Below are positions 7,132 to 14,955 of a DNA stretch of 24,147 bases, piece after piece. This DNA comes from Erysipelotrichaceae bacterium MTC7 (GTDB lineage: Bacteria; Bacillota_I; Bacilli_A; Erysipelotrichales; Erysipelotrichaceae), in contig LVZN01000025.1 of assembly GCA_001695645.1 (NCBI GenBank), forward strand, positions 1-24,147, in the 5' to 3' direction. Numbering within the stretch: position 1 is the stretch's first letter; every line of letters begins with the position of its first letter. Both the position numbers and the translations under genes were made by a program. Under the pieces are notes generated by a model, which searched no databases, had not been told where the DNA came from, and saw only the letters and a program-made list of their open reading frames with translations.

Positions 7132-9543
7132 ATGAATAAAAAAATAACAGGAATTTTTACAACATCGTTACTTTGTGCAACGATGGTATTACCTACGAAT
7201 ATAGGTGGGTTAGAGGTGATGCGCACTGAAAAGGTTTATGATAAAGTTCTAAATCTAGATGGAGTGAGTGAAATTACGTCAAATTATGTTGAAATTGAAG
7301 CACATAGCCACTATTCCAACCAATGGACTGAACCATTTTCTGCTTCGAACTGGATTTATGGGGAAACTAACAAATTAAGTGCCAAATCGAAATATGGAGA
7401 GGTCGAATATAGATACAAAAAGAGGAGTATAGGTGGCTATTATCCATTGACTTATACAAATGGAGTTCCAACTGACGTAGGTACATATAAAGTTGTCGCA
7501 TATGTTGAATCTGGATCACTCGGTAATGGCAACACGTATAGTGGACTTCCCGATACAAACGTCAAAACAATAACAATATCCAAAGCAACCAATGTATGGG
7601 AAAAGAACGTTAGTATTGATGAAGTAATTTATTTAGGTAATCCGATAAAACCATCTGCAAAAGCAAAGTTTGGTACAGTTACTTACACATACTATAAAAC
7701 ATATGATAATGGAGTTCATAATGATGGGCCTGTTACACCTAATAAAGTAGGAAAATACTGTGTCCATGCCTCGGTACCAGGTAGTGATAACTATACAGCA
7801 TTAACTGGAAATTATATTAGTTATGCAACTTTTGAAATTAGGGTACACCAAAATAGTTGGACAACGAATTTACGTGCTGATGATTGGACATATGGCGTTG
7901 ATGCAAATATTACCTTTGCTGAATCGGAATATGGCGAAGTACACTATACATATGAAAAGCGTATAGATGAAAATACATGGATATGTATTAATGATATGCC
8001 TGAAAATGTTGGAAAATATAGGGTAAAAGCATACGTTGTATATGGTGAGGGTGATGCTGAGCTCTATCAGCCATTAGAAACAGAGTATGATGAGTTCGAA
8101 ATTTCACAAGCTAAGAATGAATGGTTAAATGATTCTGGTAGTGTAACACTAGAAGGTTGGGTGTTTGGTGATGATGCAAATGAACCAGAAAATAATTTGA
8201 ACCCTAAATTCGTTGACGATAACCTTGTTTATGAATACCAAGTAAATGGTGAAGGAGATTTTTCAGAAGATGTTCCTGAACAAGCAGGTACCCATAAGGT
8301 TAGAGCATATATTCCAGAAACAGACAACTATAAAGAGTTATACAGTGATACTGTAGATTTCACAATAGAAAAAGCACCAAATAAATTGGATGGAGTTCTA
8401 GTAATGGAAGGTTGGGCATATCATGAAGATGCAAAACAGCCATCTGCTAGTGCTGAAAATGGAACAATAACAAAATATGAATTCAAACTTCAAAGTAAAG
8501 GTGATGAAGCGTATAGTGAATATGATGCTAATAGCAAAGATCGTCTTAAGGTTGGAACCTATGTGATTCGTGCCGTTGTTGATGGTGGTGATAATTATGT
8601 AAGTTTCGCATCTGAACCAGTAGAATTTGTTGTTTCTAAAGGTAATAACTCATGGGAAGAAGCTGTTGTATTGACTGTAGAAGACTCGACATACGGAAAT
8701 ATTAAGTTACCATCGTTTACTGGGAAACCAGAATTTGGAGAAGCAGAGCTTCAATACAGTACATCTCCTAATGGACCATTTACAACAGATGAGCCAGAAA
8801 ATGCAGGCGATTACTTTGTTAAAGCGGTAGTTAAAGCAACAACAAACTACAATATATTGGAAAGTGAACCAGTTGCATTTACAATCAATAAAGCTGTTCC
8901 AAACGCATCACATCAAACATTAAAGGTTAAATTTGGAACATTAAAAGAACAAATTGATGCACTACTAGCAGATGGATATGCATTAAGAGGAACACCTCGA
9001 CTTGCTTTATTTAGAAGTACGGATACAAACCACAATGCTGCTGAATTAGCAGGTGTTGGAATTTACACATTTGATGGAGTATACACACATGCTGATAGTA
9101 AAAACTATGTAACAAAAGATGTATTAATTATTGTACATGTTGAAGCATTGGATATCTCTAACTCTGTCGATTTATCAAAACTTGAAGAATTGAAAGATGT
9201 AGATTCTTTAGTTGTAAAACATGATGGTGTAGTTCTTGAAGAAGGAAAAGACTATACAGTTGAAACAATTAAAGGGGCACAAAATAAAGTAGAAATTACT
9301 TTTATTGGAAACTACACAGGAAAAATCACGAAAAATCTTAAGAGTGAAAGTCCTGCAACGGCTCCAACGGAAACTGGTAACACAGGATCAACTTCAAATA
9401 GTTCGACAACAACAGGAGGTGCATCGACAGGATCAGGAGCTGTGAATGCTGGTGATACAACTAACAGTGCAGGATTGATGTCATTGTTGTTAGGAATGGC
9501 TGGAGTTGTAACATTCTTCACAAAGAAAAAATTATCAAAATAA
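7132..9543 (+). CDS. Repeat-built cell-surface protein (803 aa)
   Basis: The SD AAGGAGAGG precedes the start and the N-terminus looks like a signal peptide (MNKKITGIFTTSLLCATMVLPTNIGG). The protein has six tandem ~88-aa modules and a Ser/Thr/Gly stalk (TGNTGSTSNSSTTTGGASTGSG). The C-terminus reads AVNAGD, then a hydrophobic helix, then a KKKLSK tail. Confidence 0.85.
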   Translation: MNKKITGIFTTSLLCATMVLPTNIGGLEVMRTEKVYDKVLNLDGVSEITSNYVEIEAHSHYSNQWTEPFSASNWIYGETNKLSAKSKYGEVEYRYKKRSIGGYYPLTYTNGVPTDVGTYKVVAYVESGSLGNGNTYSGLPDTNVKTITISKATNVWEKNVSIDEVIYLGNPIKPSAKAKFGTVTYTYYKTYDNGVHNDGPVTPNKVGKYCVHASVPGSDNYTALTGNYISYATFEIRVHQNSWTTNLRADDWTYGVDANITFAESEYGEVHYTYEKRIDENTWICINDMPENVGKYRVKAYVVYGEGDAELYQPLETEYDEFEISQAKNEWLNDSGSVTLEGWVFGDDANEPENNLNPKFVDDNLVYEYQVNGEGDFSEDVPEQAGTHKVRAYIPETDNYKELYSDTVDFTIEKAPNKLDGVLVMEGWAYHEDAKQPSASAENGTITKYEFKLQSKGDEAYSEYDANSKDRLKVGTYVIRAVVDGGDNYVSFASEPVEFVVSKGNNSWEEAVVLTVEDSTYGNIKLPSFTGKPEFGEAELQYSTSPNGPFTTDEPENAGDYFVKAVVKATTNYNILESEPVAFTINKAVPNASHQTLKVKFGTLKEQIDALLADGYALRGTPRLALFRSTDTNHNAAELAGVGIYTFDGVYTHADSKNYVTKDVLIIVHVEALDISNSVDLSKLEELKDVDSLVVKHDGVVLEEGKDYTVETIKGAQNKVEITFIGNYTGKITKNLKSESPATAPTETGNTGSTSNSSTTTGGASTGSGAVNAGDTTNSAGLMSLLLGMAGVVTFFTKKKLSK
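7315..8895 (+). repeat. Six tandem ~88-aa (about 264-nt) divergent protein-coding repeats
   Basis: Each module reads N-x-W ... W-x-YG ... (S/A)-K/E-(Y/F)-GE/T-V-x-Y-x-Y ... P-x-x-VG-x-Y-x-V-x-A-x-V ... NY ... F-x-I-x-KA. Module starts are near aa 62, 153, 240, 328, 416 and 505. The repeats are diverged at the DNA level. Confidence 0.75.
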
Positions 9544-9625
9544 GAAGAAATGGATATAACTTTTATAACAAGTAAAACTTATTAGACTTCAACACAGATC
9601 AAAAACTTGTTTAAAAGTAATCAAG

Positions 9626-9656
9626 AAGGTACAGCAAAAAATGTTGTACCTTTTTC
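9626..9656 (+). terminator. Rho-independent terminator after the 803-aa gene
   Basis: Stem AAGGTACAGCA / TGTTGTACCTT (one G-U pair) with an A-rich loop, followed by T5. Confidence 0.75.
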
Positions 9657-9755
9657 GTGTCATTAAGGATATTTTTAGCGTTTTGTGGTAGCATGAAGTT
9701 AAGGAGTTACAACCCATACAAGAAATGAAAATATTGAAACAATAGGAGGTGTAAA

Positions 9756-10790
9756 ATGAATTTAGAAAAAGTAAGAGTTGTTCAATATGGTTGTGGAAAG
9801 ATGGCGAAAGTCATCGTTCGGTATCTACATGAAAAAGGTGCAGAAATTGTAGGTGCAATTGATGTAAATCCTGATATTGTCGGGATGGATGTTGGTGAAT
9901 ATGCAGGTATTGGCAAGATTGGTGTCACGATAAAAAGTGATGCTGAAGAAGTGTTGGATTCTTGTGATCCAGACATTGCGGTTGTAACATTATTTAGTTT
10001 TATGAAGGATTGTTATGAACAGTTCGAACAATGTGTGGTTCGTGGCATCAATGTTGTGACGACATGTGAAGAAGCCATTTATCCGTGGACTACAGCAAGT
10101 GAAATTACCAACGAGCTGGATTTACTGGCAAAAGAAAGTGGTTGTACAATTGCTGGATCGGGAATGCAAGACATCTATTGGATTAACATGATTGCCTGTG
10201 TAGCTGGTGGTGTTCATAACATTACAAAAATTGAAGGAGCAACTTCATACAATGTGGAAGACTATGGACTTGCGTTAGCTAAAGCACACGGGGCGGGCTT
10301 GACACCAGAAGAGTTTGAAGTGACATTGGCGCATCCAGAAGAAATCGAACCTTCATATGTATGGAATTCAAACGAAGCCCTTTGCAACAAGATGGGATGG
10401 ACCATCAAAAGTCAAAGTCAAAAAGCCGTGCCATTCTTCTATGATGAAGACTTGTATTCAGAAACACTAGGTGAAACCATTCCAAAAGGAAATGTCATTG
10501 GGATGTCTGCTGTTGTTACGACGGAAACCTACCAAGGTCCAATCATTGAAACACAATGCATTGGTAAAGTGTATGGGCCAAACGATGGTGATATGTGTGA
10601 CTGGAAAATTATTGGGGAGCCAGATACCGAATTCCATGTTGTGAAACCGGCAACGGTTGAACATACATGTGCAACGATTGTGAATCGAATTCCTTCTGTG
10701 CTTAATGCACCAGCTGGCTATATTACAGCAGAAAAACTGGATACACTTACCTACTTAGCCTATCCAATGCACACGTACGTAGAAGAGTAA
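9756..10790 (+). CDS. NAD(P)-dependent oxidoreductase, DapB-N fold (amine dehydrogenase / 2,4-diaminopentanoate dehydrogenase-like family)
   Basis: The 344-aa product has an N-terminal Rossmann loop, [17 protein letters not shown]...[16 protein letters not shown], and an overall layout like DapB-like amine dehydrogenases. The SD AGGAGGTG lies 5 nt upstream. The substrate cannot be read from the sequence. Confidence 0.55.
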   Translation: MNLEKVRVVQYGCGKMAKVIVRYLHEKGAEIVGAIDVNPDIVGMDVGEYAGIGKIGVTIKSDAEEVLDSCDPDIAVVTLFSFMKDCYEQFEQCVVRGINVVTTCEEAIYPWTTASEITNELDLLAKESGCTIAGSGMQDIYWINMIACVAGGVHNITKIEGATSYNVEDYGLALAKAHGAGLTPEEFEVTLAHPEEIEPSYVWNSNEALCNKMGWTIKSQSQKAVPFFYDEDLYSETLGETIPKGNVIGMSAVVTTETYQGPIIETQCIGKVYGPNDGDMCDWKIIGEPDTEFHVVKPATVEHTCATIVNRIPSVLNAPAGYITAEKLDTLTYLAYPMHTYVEE

Positions 10791-10798
10791 GAAAAAAA

Positions 10799-10828
10799 GT
10801 TCAAACAAATGTTTGGACTTTTTATTTA
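10799..10828 (+). terminator. Rho-independent terminator after the oxidoreductase gene
   Basis: Stem GTTCAAACA / TGTTTGGAC (one G-U pair), followed by TTTTTATTT. Confidence 0.6.
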
Positions 10829-11066
10829 GTAATTTCAACAATATGATAATTTATAAATAAGATAAAACCGTTTATTCCATTTAATCGACAAATTTCGGAA
10901 GAATGTTTACAAAACCATGGTAATTGTTTATGTTTTAGGTAGATAGAATGGGTGTTGTATATGTGAGGGTATACCACAACCGTCAAAAGATAGATAGATT
11001 TGTATGCACCTATAATTGTACAAATCAAATGAATGTGTGTTGACTCGTGTGTGTGTAAAGAACATC

Positions 11067-11133
11067 AAAAAACAAAAGTTGCAAAACTTGTTTTTTGCTT
11101 TCCACCATAGGACAACCCTATGGCTTTTTCTTT
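11067..11133 (+). promoter_or_regulatory. Two consecutive terminator-like hairpins in the leader of the 1223-aa gene
   Basis: Hairpin 1 spans 11067-11096: AAAAAACAAAAGTT-GCAA-AACTTGTTTTTT, A/T-rich and bulged. Hairpin 2 spans 11105-11123: CCATAGG-ACAAC-CCTATGG, a perfect 7-bp stem, followed by C-T5-C-T3 (11124-11133). The SD AGGAGA (11145-11150) and the ATG at 11156 follow directly. Confidence 0.5.
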
Positions 11134-11155
11134 ACAAATGAATTAGGAGAAGATT

Positions 11156-14100
11156 ATGAAAGAGAGTAAGATTCGCAAATTATTGTATATTGCGCTTGCA
11201 ATCTTTATTGGTTCTACAGTCGTTGTGCTGTCCAGCAGCAAGCTTAAAGCAGCTACAGAACCTGTAGAATTGGTAAAAGGTATCACGGAAACCGAAGGAA
11301 TCCCAGATAGTTTTAAAGCAAGCGCAAAAGAACAACTTATTTTGGATGTCGATTTTTGGGATCAAAAACGAGATCAAATCATGTTTGAAGGAAATGAATG
11401 GCGTTACATCAATTTTACAACAGATGAAATGAAGGGTGGTAAACCACAGTTGCTTGGAGATGTTGTAGCAATGAAAACGGGAGCGCGTACTTCATATAAT
11501 CTAACCCAAGACATGTTCAAGCAATGGTATGATACAGTTCCTGGAAAATCAGTTCATATAAAAGGGCAATTACCACTTGAGAAAAATGTACGAAATGGAA
11601 TCACCTATTATGAACTGGATCGAACCGGAACGAATAATTACTTTTATGCACTCGATGAAGAATTATTTGTTGGTGAAACCGGAAAAGCAACAGCTGATGC
11701 CTTTAGTACAAAAAGAACAGCCGATGGAAATGTACTAAAAAATCATCACTGGACGATGCGTGCACAAACAAAGTTTACATTCGTTGGTGGTGAAGTGTTT
11801 GAATTTAGTGGTGATGATGATGTGTGGGTATATGTAGGAACAAACCCTGATGAAGGAAAACGGATTCTAAACTTAGGCGGATTGCATCCACAAGAAAGTG
11901 GCAGCGTTGCATTCAATCATGATGGTTCCATTACGAATACTTCCTATATGAATATACCGAATTTTCAACCACTGCATACTGACGATAGAGCAGGAACTGG
12001 TGTAGCAAAAACGATTACGGATGTATTACCAAATAACGGTGGTCCTCTTGAGGTTGGACAAACATACTATCTGACTATCTTCTATGCAGAACGTCATACG
12101 AATCAATCGAATTTCAAAATGTCGACGTCGCTTGAACTGGATGCCTACGATGTAATGAAGAGAGGGACATTAACTGATGATGGAAACTATGTTGATTATG
12201 AAGTTGAAGTTCGTAATGATGAAAACTACAAACCAATCACCATTCAAAAAGTTGCCGACTACATGAACTTAGGAGAAGCATACGCAAATAGTGGTGGATT
12301 TGTGCCATTCAAAGAAACGGCAAATGGGCCAGGTGTTCAATTGCAGTATGCCTTTGTACAAAGTAATGGACAAGCTGGTACGTATAGAAATGCTTATGTA
12401 GCAGGAGCAGCAAATGATGCAACTGCATTCATGTTATCCCAACCGATTCAGTTGCTTGGCAAGTCACAGGCAGGAGAGCGCACAAATGATGCATCTGATA
12501 TCGTTATCTTCAGATATCAACATGTAGTAACAGAAGAAGAAAAAACGCATGGTGAGTTCTATAACAAATTTAGTGTACGTACACTAAACGATCCAAGTAG
12601 CGATCAGGCGATTATTAGTACGGGTGAAGTAGATATACAAATACCTCGCGTACAAGTGTATAAAGAAGTTGCAGCATATGATGAAAGTAAACGTTTTGTA
12701 GATCATGCATTTGCGACAACGACAGAAAATCATCCGTTATCACTATTACTTGGTGAAAAGGTTCTGTATAAAATCACGCTAAAGAACACGAAAGATGCTA
12801 GTGCAACGGTAGCGTTTCAAGATATCTTACATGTACCAGGAGTTGAAAACAATATCACTGACGTTCTTTTAGATGTGGATGGAACACCGTTATCTCTATC
12901 TATTACAAATGGATTCACGCCAATTATAGTTGAAAAGGGTCGGGATGTATCTTTCTATTATGTAAGTTCACCAAGTGTACTAGGTGAAGAAATCAATACA
13001 GCACGTATTGAAAACGTTGATGAGAAGACTGTTGTGGATCTAGATCACGCTGAAAAGAGTGTATATGTAAAAGTTGATGCACCAACCTTTACACTAACAA
13101 AAGCAGTAGCTGCTTACAATGAAAAAGAAAGTCCGGTAAATCACCAGTTTACAACATTTGACAATGGAAATCCGATACCAAATACTGTGGTTGGTGTACC
13201 AAAAGGCATGAAAGCAATCTTTAGGGTTGATATTACAAACGTAAGTGAACTTGATGGTACAGTTAAAGTAACAGATGTCTATGGTGTAGCAGGTGGACAA
13301 GAAGATATTGGCGCGAAACTAGTTGATGCACTAGGTGGATCAATCGTAATGGAGCATGGTGAACTTACAATTCCAGGAGGAAATACGGCATCACTTTACT
13401 ACATCACGGATGCCCTGGATGCTGCAAAAGATGATAGTGGTACGACATACATTAACACGGTAACCATTGAAAACATGACATACCCTGGCGATGAAAACAA
13501 TGGTGAAGATTCATACACTGCACAAGCGCAGGTTACAGCAAAAATCCAACCAGCACTTGAGGTGCAAAAGTTTGTTGCGCAGTATGATAAGGACATGGAA
13601 TTAACTGATCATGCATTTGGTGAAAACCTTCAATTGGAACATAAAGCTGAGGCTGCATACAAAATCTTGATTCAAAACGTTGGACAAGGTGAGGCAGAAT
13701 TTACATTTGCAAAAGATGTATTAGAAGGACTTGCTTATGGTCCAAATGGAAAAGCAGTAGCTATGGATGCGATGAAAGTGTATCAAAATGGTCAAGAAAT
13801 TGATCTAGCTGAAGTTTCATCTTTTACTGTTAAATCCACAACGCCAATTACGATGTACTATGTAGATGATACGGAACTGTTAGGAAACGTAGATGCTGAA
13901 GCATACCGCAATAGTTTTGCCATTGAAACAGATCATGTTGTTCAAGAGGAAGATAAACAGGCAACAGTAGACTTCACAGTAAAAGCACAGGCAAGTTTTG
14001 ATGTCCAGAAACAAGTTGCATTGTTTAGTGAAGATACACCAATGGAATATGCTGATAAAGTTGATGCAAACATTGGGGATACCGTGATCTTTAAAATTGA

Positions 14101-14827
14101 GGTAACAAATACAAGTGATGTAGATGGTCGTTACAATCTGATCGATGTGTTGAACAAACAAGGCATTGTTTCTAAGTTATTGAACGAAGATATGCAAATC
14201 GCATATCCTGATGGAAATGCAGTGAATATTGCTATTGCAACAGGTGCTAGTCATACCTACTTCTATAAGATGGATGAAATTGCTTATAACAATGGTGAGA
14301 TATTAAACGAAGTTATGGTTGAAGACAGTGATAGTGAAAACACGGTTAAAGATGAGGCGAAAGTCGTAGTTGATCCATACTTAGTATACGATGTTCATTA
14401 TTATGTGCTTGATGGAGATAAATTTGATGAAGCTAAAACGGTGAAAGTTCATGTGGATCAAAGATTTATTCTCTATGACCAACTTGAATTGGTTGCACCG
14501 ATGAAGAAACTAGATACTGGTTATAACTGGAAACTACACAGTGTCTACTTTGTCGAAGACGGTAAAGAAGTGGCATTCAAGCAAGATGATGGTGCCATCA
14601 TTACACACAAAAACAAGTTGTTTAATGTGTACTATGAGCCGCAACAAAAACCAACACCATTACCAAGTGTTGATCCACCAGTGATGCTTCCAAGTATTGC
14701 CCCTCCAGTAGCGCTTCCAAGTGTTGCAACAGGAGATAAAGTGAATATTGGAATCTTAATAAGTATGTTTGGTGTGGCAATCATCTATCTAGTTGCAAGA
14801 TCGAGTCGTAAAGGCAAGGAGGAATAG
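11156..14827 (+). CDS. Large surface protein with a fibro-slime/PA14-like N-terminal domain, five DUF11-like modules and a wall-anchor-like C-terminus (1223 aa)
   Basis: The signal peptide is ...IALAIFIGSTVVVLSSSKLKAA. FSGDDDVWVYVG and IFYAERHTNQSNFKMSTSLEL are the hallmark strands of the fibro-slime (TIGR02148) / PA14-like domain. Five ~150-aa modules follow, then a MucBP-like module (YDVHYYVLDGDKF...), a Pro-rich linker, LPSVATGD, a hydrophobic helix and an RSSRKGKEE tail. Confidence 0.85.
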   Translation: MKESKIRKLLYIALAIFIGSTVVVLSSSKLKAATEPVELVKGITETEGIPDSFKASAKEQLILDVDFWDQKRDQIMFEGNEWRYINFTTDEMKGGKPQLLGDVVAMKTGARTSYNLTQDMFKQWYDTVPGKSVHIKGQLPLEKNVRNGITYYELDRTGTNNYFYALDEELFVGETGKATADAFSTKRTADGNVLKNHHWTMRAQTKFTFVGGEVFEFSGDDDVWVYVGTNPDEGKRILNLGGLHPQESGSVAFNHDGSITNTSYMNIPNFQPLHTDDRAGTGVAKTITDVLPNNGGPLEVGQTYYLTIFYAERHTNQSNFKMSTSLELDAYDVMKRGTLTDDGNYVDYEVEVRNDENYKPITIQKVADYMNLGEAYANSGGFVPFKETANGPGVQLQYAFVQSNGQAGTYRNAYVAGAANDATAFMLSQPIQLLGKSQAGERTNDASDIVIFRYQHVVTEEEKTHGEFYNKFSVRTLNDPSSDQAIISTGEVDIQIPRVQVYKEVAAYDESKRFVDHAFATTTENHPLSLLLGEKVLYKITLKNTKDASATVAFQDILHVPGVENNITDVLLDVDGTPLSLSITNGFTPIIVEKGRDVSFYYVSSPSVLGEEINTARIENVDEKTVVDLDHAEKSVYVKVDAPTFTLTKAVAAYNEKESPVNHQFTTFDNGNPIPNTVVGVPKGMKAIFRVDITNVSELDGTVKVTDVYGVAGGQEDIGAKLVDALGGSIVMEHGELTIPGGNTASLYYITDALDAAKDDSGTTYINTVTIENMTYPGDENNGEDSYTAQAQVTAKIQPALEVQKFVAQYDKDMELTDHAFGENLQLEHKAEAAYKILIQNVGQGEAEFTFAKDVLEGLAYGPNGKAVAMDAMKVYQNGQEIDLAEVSSFTVKSTTPITMYYVDDTELLGNVDAEAYRNSFAIETDHVVQEEDKQATVDFTVKAQASFDVQKQVALFSEDTPMEYADKVDANIGDTVIFKIEVTNTSDVDGRYNLIDVLNKQGIVSKLLNEDMQIAYPDGNAVNIAIATGASHTYFYKMDEIAYNNGEILNEVMVEDSDSENTVKDEAKVVVDPYLVYDVHYYVLDGDKFDEAKTVKVHVDQRFILYDQLELVAPMKKLDTGYNWKLHSVYFVEDGKEVAFKQDDGAIITHKNKLFNVYYEPQQKPTPLPSVDPPVMLPSIAPPVALPSVATGDKVNIGILISMFGVAIIYLVARSSRKGKEE
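12146..14380 (+). repeat. Five ~150-165-aa DUF11 / conserved-repeat-domain-like modules
   Basis: Modules start near aa 331, 499, 645, 801 and 948. The last four open with x-[VL]-x-K-x-VA-x-[YF]-x-[ED] (VQVYKEVAAYDE, FTLTKAVAAYNE, LEVQKFVAQYDK, FDVQKQVALFSE). These contain a G-x-x-[VA]-x-[YF]-[KR]-[IV]-x-[IVL]-x-N strand (GEKVLYKITLKN, GMKAIFRVDITN, AEAAYKILIQN, GDTVIFKIEVTN). Confidence 0.65.
14660..14737 (+). repeat. Imperfect 27-nt tandem repeat (2.9 units) encoding LPS-x-x-PPV-x
   Basis: The units are 14660-14686 (LPSVDPPVM), 14687-14713 (LPSIAPPVA) and 14714-14737 (LPSVATGD). The last, truncated unit forms the anchor-like motif. Confidence 0.7.
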
Positions 14828-14835
14828 ATACAAAC

Positions 14836-14868
14836 AGGGCGGTGAGTCATCACTGCTCTTTTTGTTTG
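14836..14868 (+). terminator. Rho-independent terminator after the 1223-aa gene
   Basis: Stem AGGGCGGTGA / TCACTGCTCT (two G-U pairs) with loop GTCA, followed by TTTTTGTTTG. Confidence 0.75.
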
Positions 14869-14955
14869 CCTTGCGTATATTTCATTCGAAACAATTCTCT
14901 TAGAACGCTTTCCATGCTATAACGAAGATAAGATGTTGGAAAGGAGTTTTATATT

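Noticed and set aside
7367-10664. Short antisense ORFs inside the 803-aa gene (7367-7558, 9312-9521) and the oxidoreductase gene (9782-9976, 10467-10664).
   Set aside because: They are shadow ORFs of longer, motif-supported CDSs. The 9312-9521 product simply mirrors the Ser/Thr/Gly stalk.
10946-10983. A c-di-GMP-II riboswitch core (GAAUGGGU ... CAACCG).
   Set aside because: There are only two short matching strings. I could not find the P1 helix, the P3 hairpin or the pseudoknot partners, and no GEMM-I ACGCAAAGCC-type core is present. I kept it only as a hypothesis to test by covariance-model search.
10822-11028. A 68-aa minus-strand ORF in the long intergenic leader.
   Set aside because: It has no SD and would begin inside the leader and run into the terminator of the convergent upstream gene. 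I treat the region as non-coding and regulatory instead. The 31-aa plus-strand ORF at 10948-11043 is likewise only noted, not called.
11034-11056. GT dinucleotide tracts (TGTGTGT ... (GT)5) as a phase-variation switch for the adhesin.
   Set aside because: Five units is too short for frequent slippage, and I could not place the tract in a convincing promoter spacer. It is mentioned only within the leader finding.
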